Shown here: in pieces, positions 9,766-20,082 of the stretch
Position numbering within the stretch: position 1 is the first letter of the stretch
Layout of the letters: the number at the start of each line of letters is the position of its first letter
DNA from: an uncultured delta proteobacterium
GTDB lineage: Bacteria > Myxococcota_A > Polyangia > Polyangiales > Polyangiaceae
Assembly: GCA_963841435.1 (NCBI GenBank)
Contig: CAWJCS010000002.1
Coordinates: 416,001 to 480,000, forward strand
DNA length: 64,000 nucleotides
Reading direction: 5' to 3'
Translations under genes and position numbers: made by a program
The notes under the pieces: model-generated
Told to the model about the DNA's origin: nothing
The model's input: only the letters and a program-made list of their open reading frames with translations
Databases searched by the model: none

Positions 9766-9778
9766 TCTTCCTCCGGGC

Positions 9779-10184
9779 TCAGGAGCTCGAGCTCTGCATC
9801 AGCGACGCGATCGCGCCGTAGGCCTCGCTCCACGCGGTTGAAAGCTCGGGCGTCCACGCGTCACCGGCGACGCTCGCCAGCGTTTCGAGCAGGCTCGCTC
9901 CCACCCAGCCGTACATTTCCGGCTTCACGCCATAGTCGCGGTGCTTTTCTCCGAGTGCCCGCAGCTGCTCGGTGAGCCACGGCCCGTCGTCGAGGTGATC
10001 GACGACGGCCACCAACATGTCACGCAGCATTCGCTCTTGCTCGGGGCGCCCGCGAGTCTTGAACAGCGGCTGTGCTTCGGGGTGGTTCTTGAACAAGAAC
10101 GTCGTAGAAACGGTGCGTCACTTCCGGCTCGCGCTCCACGACGAGCGCGAAGCTCGAGCGCAATAGTTCGACGTTGAGTGCCAT
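9779..10184 (-). CDS. Single-domain globin of about 134 aa, interrupted by a +1 frameshift near 10095-10099
   Basis: GGAGG RBS then ATG 10184: MALNVELLRSSFALVVEREPEVTHRFYDVL, continuing in another frame as FKNHPEAQPLF...EQERML...LGEKHRDYGV...WTPELSTAW; span 406 nt = 3n+1. Confidence 0.88.
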
Positions 10185-10359
10185 CGATTACCTCCACCCG
10201 CCGTCTCCGGCGGTCCTGTGGCCGCCTGTCCCTGACGGTCGCAGGCGAGCCTAACCCGAGGGGCACCCGCCGAGCAACGGTGCCACGGGTGCGGGCGTTC
10301 AGGGTAGGTACGCGATGACCCCTCGCTCCGCCGTCAATGGGGCGGATCCGCCAGTCGCG

Positions 10360-10641
10360 TCAAACCGCGTGCTTGCGCATCATCGACGGGGCGGGCGGCG
10401 GTGGCCCCTTCGGCCTGGGCGGCGAGTTCGGCGTAGTCCGCGGTGCGCCTGCTTTGGAGCTCGTCAGCGCGGGCTTTTCGGCCGCGGCTGCCACCGCTTC
10501 TGCTTCGGCCGCCGTGGCGGCCCGAGCCGCAGCTTGAGCAGCAAGCTCGGCACTCCTCGCGGCGTCGTCCTTCGTGGCGCAGCACTTCTTGTACTTCTGA
10601 CCCGAGCCACAATGGCACGGGTCGTTTCTTCCAATCTTCAT
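10360..10641 (-). CDS. SEC-C motif (metal-binding) small protein
   Basis: MKIGRNDPCHCGSGQKYKKCC followed by an Ala/Pro-rich tail. Confidence 0.9.
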   Translation of the reverse strand: MKIGRNDPCHCGSGQKYKKCCATKDDAARSAELAAQAAARAATAAEAEAVAAAAEKPALTSSKAGAPRTTPNSPPRPKGPPPPAPSMMRKHAV

Positions 10642-10988
10642 GACGTCTGCCTTTCTCGCGCGAAGTCCTCGCAGCCGCCGCTCTTGACACCGTCCCGAGC
10701 GGACGTTGAGCAAGCCTGGGATGGTCCGTCGCCCGAGCTGACGCGCGAGGGTCGAGTCGAGCCACGCCGCATCCTTAGCACCGCCCACGAGGCGCGAGGT
10801 CGGCCTGCGCGAAAACGGGCTCCACCTAGGTGCACGAGCTCATCGAGCGGCTGGACGAACGGGGTGGACGCGCGTGCGGTCACGAAAACGGGCACCCCGC
10901 GAGCCGCGGGTTGAGCCGGCACACTGTTCGGCAGCGTCTGCCCGGGCGGCCACGCCCGTCCTTCCCGTCCCGATTGAAATCGCGCCCC

Positions 10989-11435
10989 CTAGGTTGCGAC
11001 CGTGAGCGTCAGCTGGGCGTCGTTGCCGTTCGTGCAGCCGGCTCCCTGACTGTCCACCCAAATGACGAAGTGGATGCGCGTGCCGGGCGCGACGCTCGCG
11101 TCGAGGTGAAAGCTCGCCCTGAAATCGAGGCTCGCTCCCGGGTTGATGCCGAAGTAATTCGTCCAAGGGTTCATCGTCCGGTCATCGCCGCGGACGTCGG
11201 TGATGCCGGGGAACGAGGGCGTCTCACCCGGCGAAGACGCGAGGGCTCCGCCCTGCCCCCCACTGGCTCCCGCGGCTGGCGTCGCGCCGCCGCCCGCGGT
11301 GCCCCCGCTGCCGCCCACCGTGAGCGCGCCGCCGGCGCCGCTCGCTCCAAGGCGTTGGCTCACCGAGCGGCCGGAGCAGGCCGCGCCGAGAGCGCACGCA
11401 CCGAACACGACGAGCACCAACGTCCGGGCCACCAC
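10989..11435 (-). CDS. Small hypothetical lipoprotein
   Basis: Signal with LGAAC lipobox, Gly-rich linker, short beta-rich domain. Confidence 0.6.
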   Translation of the reverse strand: MVARTLVLVVFGACALGAACSGRSVSQRLGASGAGGALTVGGSGGTAGGGATPAAGASGGQGGALASSPGETPSFPGITDVRGDDRTMNPWTNYFGINPGASLDFRASFHLDASVAPGTRIHFVIWVDSQGAGCTNGNDAQLTLTVAT

Positions 11436-11467
11436 GTTTCATTATGTACCGCGCGCGCGGCTGGCAC

Positions 11468-12868
11468 TCAGTGCTGGTACGCCCCGCTGTCGAATCCGCC
11501 GGTGCGCACTTTGCCGTCGATGTCCGTGTCCACGCCGTAGGCGCTCGTTCCGGCGCCAATCAGCGGGGAATTGGGGCTCGGTGAGAAGTCACCGTTCGTG
11601 AAGTCGGCGAACCAGGTCGTCGAGCTTTCGTCGTTGGAGACGACGTTGCCGACCTGAGTCACCGACGGGCCGTTTCCGTTTTTCACCGGGTCGGCGAGGT
11701 AGGCGATGGCGTTGTTGGCCAGGACGACCGGCAAGGTCGGCGGATTCCAGAACGAGATGGCGCTGTTCGGGTCGCCAGCAGAGGTGAGTGTGTTGTGCCG
11801 GAACCAGAGCTTGGAAGAAACGGCGTCGACCTCGCTGAGGCCGCCGTTGATCTCGAACACGACGCCTTCGAGCACGACGTTTCGGACGACGTTGTTGAAC
11901 ACGTCGAGCACGAGGCGACTGCCGGGGGCGGACTCGGCGGCCGGCTGCGTGTCGAAGGCGAAGTGCAAAAAGTCGTAGCACTGAGCGGTGCTGTCGCAGC
12001 GCGAGCCCTGGATCGTGATCACGTCGTCGATACGCTCGCCCCCGGGCATCACCGTGACTTCGAAGCCGGGCGAGCTGATCGTCACGCCCTCGACGAGCAG
12101 CTCGAACGTGCCTCCCGCGTTCTGCACGAACCGCGCGGGCTCCGAGCTGGGCGCACAGATAGCGGTGTGACCCGTGTTGATCTCGAGGCGCTGAAGCGCG
12201 AGCTTGAGGTTGCCCGTCGCGGCGAGGCGACCCTCGAGCTGCAGGTCGCTCAGCGTGGTCATGCGGGTCGTTGCTGCGTCGGCGTTGACCGCACCACAAA
12301 CAATCGAGCCGAAGCCGAGGCCCCGCACGTTCACGCCCGCGCGCAGCGTGAGATCACCGCGGTATCCGCCGCCGACCAGACACACGGTCGAAGGGACCGG
12401 TGCGGCGTCGATCGCGGCTTGGAGCGCACCGACGGCCCCTCCCGAGGGCAAGGTGACGGTGCATGCATTGGGGTCGGGTCCTTCTCCCGCACTGCCGGCT
12501 TCTCCCGACTCGCCGGCGGCCGTTCCGGCGCTGCCCGCACCGGCTCCTCCCGCCCCCGAGCCACCCCTCGCCGCGGCACCCGCCGCGCCCAGACCGCCGC
12601 TGCCCGATGCGTCTCCGGTGCCGGCGATCGTCCCGCCGCTCGCGGCCAACGTGCCGCCGTTCCCCGCGCTCGGGAAGCCGCCGCTCGACCCTCCCGCAGA
12701 CGGCGCGCCACCGGAGCCCGTCGCGCCGGAAGCACTCGCCCCAGCGCCGCTGCGGCCGGCGCCTCCGTCTACATCGATGGTCAACTTGGAGCGACCACAG
12801 CCATACGCGAGCAGAAGCCCGCATCCGATCTTTGCCCAGCCGGCTCGCGCTGTACCACCAACACCCAT
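11468..12868 (-). CDS. Lipoprotein with pectin-lyase-like beta-helix and choice-of-anchor-Q-like C-terminus
   Basis: LLAYGC lipobox, Gly-rich linker, LQAAIDAA...GGYRG, NNVVRN/HNTL/NNAI repeats, SPLIGAG...DIDGKVR...DSGAYQ. Confidence 0.75.
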   Translation of the reverse strand: MGVGGTARAGWAKIGCGLLLAYGCGRSKLTIDVDGGAGRSGAGASASGATGSGGAPSAGGSSGGFPSAGNGGTLAASGGTIAGTGDASGSGGLGAAGAAARGGSGAGGAGAGSAGTAAGESGEAGSAGEGPDPNACTVTLPSGGAVGALQAAIDAAPVPSTVCLVGGGYRGDLTLRAGVNVRGLGFGSIVCGAVNADAATTRMTTLSDLQLEGRLAATGNLKLALQRLEINTGHTAICAPSSEPARFVQNAGGTFELLVEGVTISSPGFEVTVMPGGERIDDVITIQGSRCDSTAQCYDFLHFAFDTQPAAESAPGSRLVLDVFNNVVRNVVLEGVVFEINGGLSEVDAVSSKLWFRHNTLTSAGDPNSAISFWNPPTLPVVLANNAIAYLADPVKNGNGPSVTQVGNVVSNDESSTTWFADFTNGDFSPSPNSPLIGAGTSAYGVDTDIDGKVRTGGFDSGAYQH

Positions 12869-13105
12869 CCCGAAGCCAGCGTACCACGGGCACTCCGGGC
12901 GTGAGGAATTGCCCGTTTCCCTCGAGGAAACCCAACCACGCGCTTGGCTCGTGCGGCGCGCAGCGCAGCGCAGCGTCCGCACCCGTGCGGGAGATTCGGT
13001 CGCGCCTCTTGAACGACGTGCTCTCGGCCGGGCACGGAGGGTCGAAGGCGGTGATGCCAATGACGAATTCGAGACGAGCAACGGCTCGACGAGGCGAGCT
13101 CCGAA

Positions 13106-13450
13106 GTGCTCGTCGCTACCATCGGTGCCCGCTTCTGCGGCGACGACGCCACCGTCACGGCCAACGATCGGGTCGCCTACCGCACGCTCGAAAAGCTCCT
13201 CGGCTACGTCTACGTTCCGGTTCTCGGCGAAACGACGCGCGGCGGGCACTCGAACATGATGATTCGAAACCTCCCGAACGGTTTTGGCTATAGCCTCCCG
13301 TTCGAGCGCACGTTCGCTGACGACGGCGTCTGCTACGAAGGCATCGGACTCACACCGGACGTCCCCGTGGCTTTCGACTTCGAACGCTTCGTGGCAGGCG
13401 ACGACGCCATGTTCGACGCCGCGGTCGAGCTACTTTCCAGCAAAGAATAG
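13106..13450 (+). pseudogene. S41-family peptidase C-terminal fragment
   Basis: VLGETTRGG...LPNGFGYSLPFERTF..DG..YEGIGLTPDVPV resembles S41 C-termini; the DLRxNxGG and catalytic S-A-x-E segments are missing. Confidence 0.6.
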
Positions 13451-14088
13451 CCGGGGCCCTCGAGGCCCCAGCGTGAGCTGGACGAAGGGGCGCTTCGAGC
13501 GACTCGTCCCCTCGGCCCGGCCTGTGCTTTCGCACAACTGCTCGTTGTCTCCCTTGAGCTCAGCGGGCAAATCAGAACCGAGAACATTTTCATGAGCAGT
13601 CTCGACTACTCCGCGCTCTCTAGGACCCGGGCGGGCGGCTCGGTGTTGGTGGTTTCATGGGGCGCGGAGCGGCAGGCGTACGCTCTGACGGTGTGACATT
13701 CGCTCAAAATCAAGTCGTGGAACGGGGAGTCGGCGCGTTTCGTCTCCGCGCCGACGTAGACGGGGTTGGAGCAGGCGGGTCCAATCGTCGAGACGGTGGC
13801 GGTGTGGACGTTGAAGAAGCAGGAGACCGGCTGTGACGGCGCGAGCCCGCTGAATCCCCTGAGTCCTTCGAATTCGTTCTCGTGACGTTCGCCGAGTCCT
13901 CCGCTTTTCGGAGGCCCCGCAACCTTGCTGACCGCTTTCGGCGGGCTGTCAACGAAGACCGACTCCGCGGGCGCGTCGTTGCCGCGACGGCGCCACCCCC
14001 TTGCGATCGTGGAGCGTGACGCCCCGCGAGTAGCGCGACGCCGGCAACTCCGACCAGGCAGGCGACCGCCGCCGCCCAGGCTCACCGC

Positions 14089-14300
14089 TTGGGCGCAGAG
14101 ATCCTCGTCACTCGAACGGTCGAGCGCATCGCGGCGGACACGTTCCACGTCTACCTGGACGGCGGCGACGTCCTTTGCGCCAACACCATCATCCTGGCCA
14201 GCGGGGTCGCCTGGCGAAACCTCGCCATCGAAGGATTTGGTCGATTGGTCGGCAAAGGCATCTTCTACGGGGCCTCCCGAAGCGAGGCGCCGAACAGTAC
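14089..14300 (+). pseudogene. Internal fragment of a thioredoxin-reductase-like FAD oxidoreductase
   Basis: IILASGVAWRNLAIEGFGRLVGKGIFYGASRSEA; neither GxGxxG motif is present and similarity stops abruptly. Confidence 0.7.
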
Positions 14301-14727
14301 CTGCGCGATCGCCCCGCTCGCTGACGCTCACCTGGTTCGAAAGTTCGACGTTCCCTTCTCAGAGCGGGAACGTGCACGAAAAGCAACGCGTTAACGGCCG
14401 CGACCGCCGACAACGCGAGCGGCTACGCCGTTACGTCACGCGGCGCTAACTCCACCTTGCCTCGGTGCTCTGACAACGCACCCCGCCAGCGGCTTTCCCA
14501 GTTCATTGTGCCTGGGCGCAATGTAAACGTTGCCAACGCCGGGCTTTGGGTGTCCCATCTCTCGAGAGGACGATCCTCCCGTATTTCTGCCCACATTGTG
14601 GGGGGGTGTGCGCGTAGGGCGTGGACTAAACGGTCTTGAGTGCCGCGTGCCCTCACGCGCGGGCATGGTTCCGGAGCTACACGTCACGGTCTCGCGTGAA
14701 CGCGCCTCCCAGAGAAGGTGGCGATGG

Positions 14728-17700
14728 ATGGGCTCCGTAGACTCGACGGCCGCAAACGGTGAACGTGGCACCCCGGAAATGGGCCTTGCGGAGCGTGCGG
14801 CGTTCCTCAACTCCATCCTAGAGAGCTCCACCGAATACTCGATTGTCGCCAAAGATCTCGACGGAACGATCCGTGCGTGGAACGCGGGCGCGCGGAGGCT
14901 GTACGGGTACGACGCGGCTGACGTAGTCGGGAACGCGAACGCCTTCGTCCTTCACTGCCCCGAAGACGTGAAGAGCGGTCGCGCGCAGGCGATTCTCGAC
15001 GAGGCTCGCGTCACCGGCAAGTGGTCCGGGGAGCTCAAACGGATCAGGAAGAATGGTGAGGAATTCACCGCCTTCGTGACGATCACGCTCCGGGTTGACG
15101 CCGCGCGCAAGCCCGTCGGATTCACGATGATCTCTCGGGACCTTACCGAGCCACAGCGACTGCTTCGCGATCTCCGCGAGTCGCAAGAGTACAACCGCGG
15201 GCTCATCGAATCGAACATCGATGCTCTGATGGCGACCGATCCGCTCGGCGTGATCAGCGACGTCAATCTGCAGATGTGCGAGATGACGGGGATTGCGCGA
15301 GAGAAGCTCGTCGGCTCTCCGTTCAAACAATACTTCACGGATCCCAAGCTGGCCGAGGATGGCATCCGCAAGGTGCTGTCCGACGATCGGGTCACCAACT
15401 ACGAGCTCGTGATGCGCTCGCAAGCCGGCACGGAAACCGTGGTCTCGTACAACGCCACCACCTTTCGATCGGCGGACGGAAAGCTGAAAGGTGTCTTCGC
15501 GGCCGCCCGGGACATCACGGACCAGAAACGCCTCGAGAGCGACCTTCGTCAGGCCCAGAACTACACCCGCGGTCTCATCGAAGCCTCCGTCGATGCGCTC
15601 TTGACCGTGGATCCCGAGCTGCGCATCACGGATGTGAACGATCAGACCGCCCGCATGACCGGGTACACCCGAGAAGAGCTGATCGGGAGCCTTTTCCCCG
15701 ACTACTTCACCGATCCCGAGCGAGCCACCGCGGGCGTCAAGAAGACCCTGGCCGAGGCGTTCGTCACCAACTACGTGCTCGGCCTGCGTTCGAAAGAAGG
15801 AAAGGAGACCCTGGTCTCCTTCAACGCCTCCATCTTCAAGGACACCGACGGCATCGTGCGCGGGATTTTCGCGGCGGCGCGCGACATCACCGAACAGAAG
15901 AGGCTCGAAGAGGAGCTGCGGCAAGCGCAGAACTACACGCGTGGCCTCATCGAGGCCTCCATCGATCCGATGATCACCGTTAACGCGGAGCTCACGATCA
16001 CGGACGTCAACGAGCAGATGGTCCGCCTCACCGAGATCGAGAAGAACGAGCTCATCGGGAGCCGATTCGACGCTTACTTCACCGAACCCCAGAAGGCCGT
16101 CGTGGGCGTGCGCGACACGCTTCGCGAGGGGTTCGTCAAGAACTACGAGCTCACGCTCGAAACGCCGAGCGGGCGGCAGGTGCTCGTCTCTTTCAACGCA
16201 TCGATCTTCAAGGACACCCAGGGGAAGGTGAAGGGCATCTTCGCCGTCGCGCGGGATGTCACCGAGCAACGGCGTCTGGAGCAAGAGCTGCGGGAGCAAC
16301 AGAACTACAGCCGAGGGCTCATCGAAGCCTCCGTCGATGCGCTCGTGACGGTCGATCCCCAGGGGCGAATCACCGACGTCAACGAGCAGTTGGCGCGCCT
16401 TACCGGCCACAACAGGAAGAAGCTCGTCGGAAGCCCTTTCGCCGACTACTTCACCGATCCGGGAAAGGCGCGCGAGGGCGTCAAAAAGACGTTCCAGGAC
16501 GGCGTGCTCAAGAACCACGAGCTCGTCGTCCGCGCGAAATCAGGAAGCGTGGCGCCCGTCTCGCTCAACGCGTCCGTGTTCAAGGACACGGCGGGGCGCG
16601 TGGCCGGCATCCTTGCGGCGGCTCGCGATATCTCGGACCAACAGCAGCTGCAGGCGAAGCTCGTCGAACAGCAGGCCTACAACCGTGGGCTCGTCGAATC
16701 GAACATCGATGCTCTCATGACGACCGATCTGCTCGGGACCATCACCGATGTCAACAAGCAGATGTGCGCCGTCACGGGGCGCGAGCGAGACTTCCTCGTG
16801 GGCACGCCGTTCAAGGACTATTTTACGGATTCGAAGCGTGCCGAGGATGGCATCCTCAGGGTTCTCGGAGAGGGTCGTGTCACGAACTACGAGCTCACCC
16901 TCCGCGGAGCAGACGGCAAAGAGACCGTCGTGTCTTACAACGCAACCACGTTTGCCGGGGAGGATGGGAGGCTCAAAGGAGTGTTCGCTGCCGCGCGCGA
17001 CATCACCGATCAGAAGCGGCTCGAAGAGCAATTGCGCCAGGCGCAGAACTACAACCGCGGGCTCATCGAATCCTCCGTTGACGCGATGCTCACGGTCGAT
17101 CCCGACGACACGATCACGGACGTCAACGAGCAGATGGTCAAGCTCTCCGGATACAGCCGAGAGCAGCTCATCGGGACCTCGTTCAAGGACTACTTTTCGG
17201 AACCCGAACGCGCAGCACAGGGTGTGCGCCAGACTCTGAGCGAGGGATCCGTAACCAACTACGAGCTCACGCTTCGGTCCCAACGCCGGCGCCAGATCCT
17301 GGTCTCGTTCAACGCGTCCGTGTTCAAAGACACCGAAGGCGAGGTTCGAGGTATTTTCGCGGTCGCTCGCGACGTCACCGATCAAAAGCGTCTCGAGGAG
17401 AAGCTGCGCGAGTCGGAGAACTACAACCGAGGTCTCATCGAGTCTTCCGTGGACGCCCTCGTGACCGTCAATCCGGATCTGACGGTCACGGACGTCAATG
17501 AACAAATGGTAAAACTCACCGGTTACTCCCGCGAGGAGCTCGTGGGTAGCCCCTTCAAGGACTACTTCACCGAGCCCGCCCGTGCCGCCGCGGGCGTCCG
17601 GCAGACCTTCGACGATGGATCGGTGACCGACTACGAGCTCGTTCTGAAATCGCGCGCTGGAAAGCAAACGGTGGTCTCGTTCTACGCGGGCACGTTCAAG

Positions 17701-20082
17701 GATGCGAGCGGCCGGGTTGCAGGCATCCTCGCCGCGGCTCGCGACATCACGGCGCAGAAACGCCTGGAAGATCAGCTTCGGGATCAACAGAACTACAACC
17801 GCAGTCTGATCGAGTCGCGCGTTGACGCGCTGATGACGGTTGACCCTCACGGCATCATCACGGACGTGAACGAGCAGACCATCAAGCTCAGCGGCCACAA
17901 CCGCAAGCAGCTCGTCGGGAGCCCGTTCGTGGACTATTTCACCGACGCCGAGCGGGCCCTTTCCGGTGTACGAAAGACGTTCGACGATGGCGTCGTCACC
18001 AACTACGAGCTCGTCGTCCACGCGAAGTCGGGCAAGGAGCTGCCTGTTTCGTTCAACGCTGCGGTGTTCCGAGATGCCGGCGGCGCCGTCGCCGGTATCC
18101 TTGCAGCGGCGCGCGACATCACGCAGCAGAAAGAAATCGAGCACGCGCTCCGGGAGCAGCAGACGTACACGCGCGGCCTCATCGAGTCGAACATCGACGC
18201 GCTGATGACGACGGATACCCTCGGCATCATCACCGACGTCAACAAGCAGATGTGTGCCGTCACGGGACGAACACAGGACGAGCTGATCGGGACGCCGTTC
18301 AAAGGCTATTTCACTGACACGAAGCTCGCAGAGGATGGTATCCGGAAGGTGCTCAGCGAGGATCGCGTCACGAACTACGAGCTGACGATCCAAGGCAAGG
18401 ACGGCAAGCAATCCTTCGTCTCGTACAACGCGACGACCTTCAAGGGAGCGGACGGCAGGCTCAGGGGCGTTTTCGCCGCGGCGCGCGACATCACCGATCA
18501 GAAGCAACTCGAGGAGCAGCTGCGGCGCAAGAACGAAGAGCTCGAGGAGCAGAATCGGCGGGTTCAGAAGGCGAATCGTCTGAAGAGCGAGTTTCTCGCG
18601 AACATGTCGCACGAGCTACGGACACCGCTCAACGGCATCATTGGCTTCGCGGAGCTGATGCACGACGAAAAGGTGGGGCCCGTGTCCGCCGACCACAAGG
18701 AGTACCTCGGCGACATTCTCACGAGCTCGCGCCACCTGCTTCAGCTGATCAACGACGTCCTCGATCTCGCGAAGGTCGAGTCGGGGAAGTTGGAGTTTCG
18801 GCCGGAGCGTGTCGATCTCCGAAAGCTCGTCGGCGAAGTGCGCGACATCGTGCGGACGCTCACGGCCCAAAAGCGGATTCAACTGACCTGCGAGGTCGAT
18901 TCGACACTAGAAGCCGTCATGATCGATCCGGGGAAGCTGAAGCAAGTGCTCTACAACTATCTCTCGAACGCGTTGAAGTTCACGCCCGACGCGGGAACGG
19001 TCGTCGTTCGGGTGCGGCCGGAAGGCGATGCTCGCTTTCGTCTCGAAGTGCAGGACACCGGTATCGGCATTCGCGAGGAGGACTTCAAACGCCTCTTCGT
19101 CGAATTCCAGCAACTCGATGCGAGCGCCGCCAAGAAACACCAAGGGACGGGCCTCGGGCTCGCTCTGACCCGCCGAATCGTCGAGGCGCAGGGTGGCGAA
19201 ATTGGCGTCACCAGCACTCCGGGAAAGGGCAGCACATTCTACGCCATTTTGCCCCGTACCTGTCCGGCCGCAGAACGCCAGCCGAGCGCCGACGAAGTGG
19301 CGGACGCCGCCCCGCGCAAGCCCGGGCAGCAGTCCGTTCTCGTCGTCGAGGACGACGCAAAGGAACGCGCGTGGATCGTCGGCACGTTGACGGCCGCAGG
19401 CTACGCCGTGGAAGCGGCGGCGACGGGCGAGGCTGCGATCCGCGCTGGGCAGGAGCGCTCGTTCGACGCGGTCACCCTCGATTTGCTGCTTCCGGACATG
19501 AGCGGCTGGGACGTGTTGCGAGCGATGCGGGCCGGGCCTCGAAACCGCGACGTCGCGGCGATTGTGCTCACCGTCGTCGCGGAGAAGGGGGCTGGGGTCG
19601 GCTTCATCGTTCGAGACTTCTTGGTCAAGCCGGTTCGAGCCGATGCTCTGCTCCATGCGCTGAAATGCATCCGCGCGGGACCCTCTGGGGAGCGCTCGGT
19701 GCTCATCATCGACGACGATCCGAACGCGGCGAAGCTGGTAGAGCCGGCGCTCCACGAGCACGAATTCCACGTGACGGCGGTCCGCGATGGGGCGAGCGGC
19801 CTGAAGGCCGCAAGGGCCCGCCCTCCATCGGCGGTGGTTCTGGACCTGCTGATGCCCGGTATGGATGGGTTCGAATTCTTGCGTCAGTTTCGGCTCACGG
19901 ATGCCGGATGCAACACGCCCGTCATCGTCTGGACCGTGAAGGAGCTGACGAATGCGGAGCGTGTTCGGCTTCAGGCTTCGGCCCAGGCCATCATCACGAA
20001 GGGGGCGGGCTCCACCGACGTGCTCCTCGCGGCGCTCGAGCTCCACCTCGCGCAGACGATGCGGGGTTCCTATGGCGGGTGA
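14728..20082 (+). CDS. Soluble hybrid histidine kinase: 10 PAS, HisKA, HATPase, 2 REC
   Basis: Ten PAS/PAC units ending in RDIT/RDVT-like motifs; H-box FLANMSHELRTPLN; NALKFT, DTGIGI, GTGLGL; two receivers (DLLLP, DLLMP); start 14728 or 14779. Confidence 0.97.
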   Translation: MGSVDSTAANGERGTPEMGLAERAAFLNSILESSTEYSIVAKDLDGTIRAWNAGARRLYGYDAADVVGNANAFVLHCPEDVKSGRAQAILDEARVTGKWSGELKRIRKNGEEFTAFVTITLRVDAARKPVGFTMISRDLTEPQRLLRDLRESQEYNRGLIESNIDALMATDPLGVISDVNLQMCEMTGIAREKLVGSPFKQYFTDPKLAEDGIRKVLSDDRVTNYELVMRSQAGTETVVSYNATTFRSADGKLKGVFAAARDITDQKRLESDLRQAQNYTRGLIEASVDALLTVDPELRITDVNDQTARMTGYTREELIGSLFPDYFTDPERATAGVKKTLAEAFVTNYVLGLRSKEGKETLVSFNASIFKDTDGIVRGIFAAARDITEQKRLEEELRQAQNYTRGLIEASIDPMITVNAELTITDVNEQMVRLTEIEKNELIGSRFDAYFTEPQKAVVGVRDTLREGFVKNYELTLETPSGRQVLVSFNASIFKDTQGKVKGIFAVARDVTEQRRLEQELREQQNYSRGLIEASVDALVTVDPQGRITDVNEQLARLTGHNRKKLVGSPFADYFTDPGKAREGVKKTFQDGVLKNHELVVRAKSGSVAPVSLNASVFKDTAGRVAGILAAARDISDQQQLQAKLVEQQAYNRGLVESNIDALMTTDLLGTITDVNKQMCAVTGRERDFLVGTPFKDYFTDSKRAEDGILRVLGEGRVTNYELTLRGADGKETVVSYNATTFAGEDGRLKGVFAAARDITDQKRLEEQLRQAQNYNRGLIESSVDAMLTVDPDDTITDVNEQMVKLSGYSREQLIGTSFKDYFSEPERAAQGVRQTLSEGSVTNYELTLRSQRRRQILVSFNASVFKDTEGEVRGIFAVARDVTDQKRLEEKLRESENYNRGLIESSVDALVTVNPDLTVTDVNEQMVKLTGYSREELVGSPFKDYFTEPARAAAGVRQTFDDGSVTDYELVLKSRAGKQTVVSFYAGTFKDASGRVAGILAAARDITAQKRLEDQLRDQQNYNRSLIESRVDALMTVDPHGIITDVNEQTIKLSGHNRKQLVGSPFVDYFTDAERALSGVRKTFDDGVVTNYELVVHAKSGKELPVSFNAAVFRDAGGAVAGILAAARDITQQKEIEHALREQQTYTRGLIESNIDALMTTDTLGIITDVNKQMCAVTGRTQDELIGTPFKGYFTDTKLAEDGIRKVLSEDRVTNYELTIQGKDGKQSFVSYNATTFKGADGRLRGVFAAARDITDQKQLEEQLRRKNEELEEQNRRVQKANRLKSEFLANMSHELRTPLNGIIGFAELMHDEKVGPVSADHKEYLGDILTSSRHLLQLINDVLDLAKVESGKLEFRPERVDLRKLVGEVRDIVRTLTAQKRIQLTCEVDSTLEAVMIDPGKLKQVLYNYLSNALKFTPDAGTVVVRVRPEGDARFRLEVQDTGIGIREEDFKRLFVEFQQLDASAAKKHQGTGLGLALTRRIVEAQGGEIGVTSTPGKGSTFYAILPRTCPAAERQPSADEVADAAPRKPGQQSVLVVEDDAKERAWIVGTLTAAGYAVEAAATGEAAIRAGQERSFDAVTLDLLLPDMSGWDVLRAMRAGPRNRDVAAIVLTVVAEKGAGVGFIVRDFLVKPVRADALLHALKCIRAGPSGERSVLIIDDDPNAAKLVEPALHEHEFHVTAVRDGASGLKAARARPPSAVVLDLLMPGMDGFEFLRQFRLTDAGCNTPVIVWTVKELTNAERVRLQASAQAIITKGAGSTDVLLAALELHLAQTMRGSYGG
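15190..18537 (+). repeat. Nine diverged 372-bp (124-aa) tandem PAS repeats
   Basis: TAC codon of Y(N/T/S)R(G/S)L at 15190, 15562, 15934, 16306, 16678, 17050, 17422, 17794 and 18166, each exactly 372 bp apart. Confidence 0.95.
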
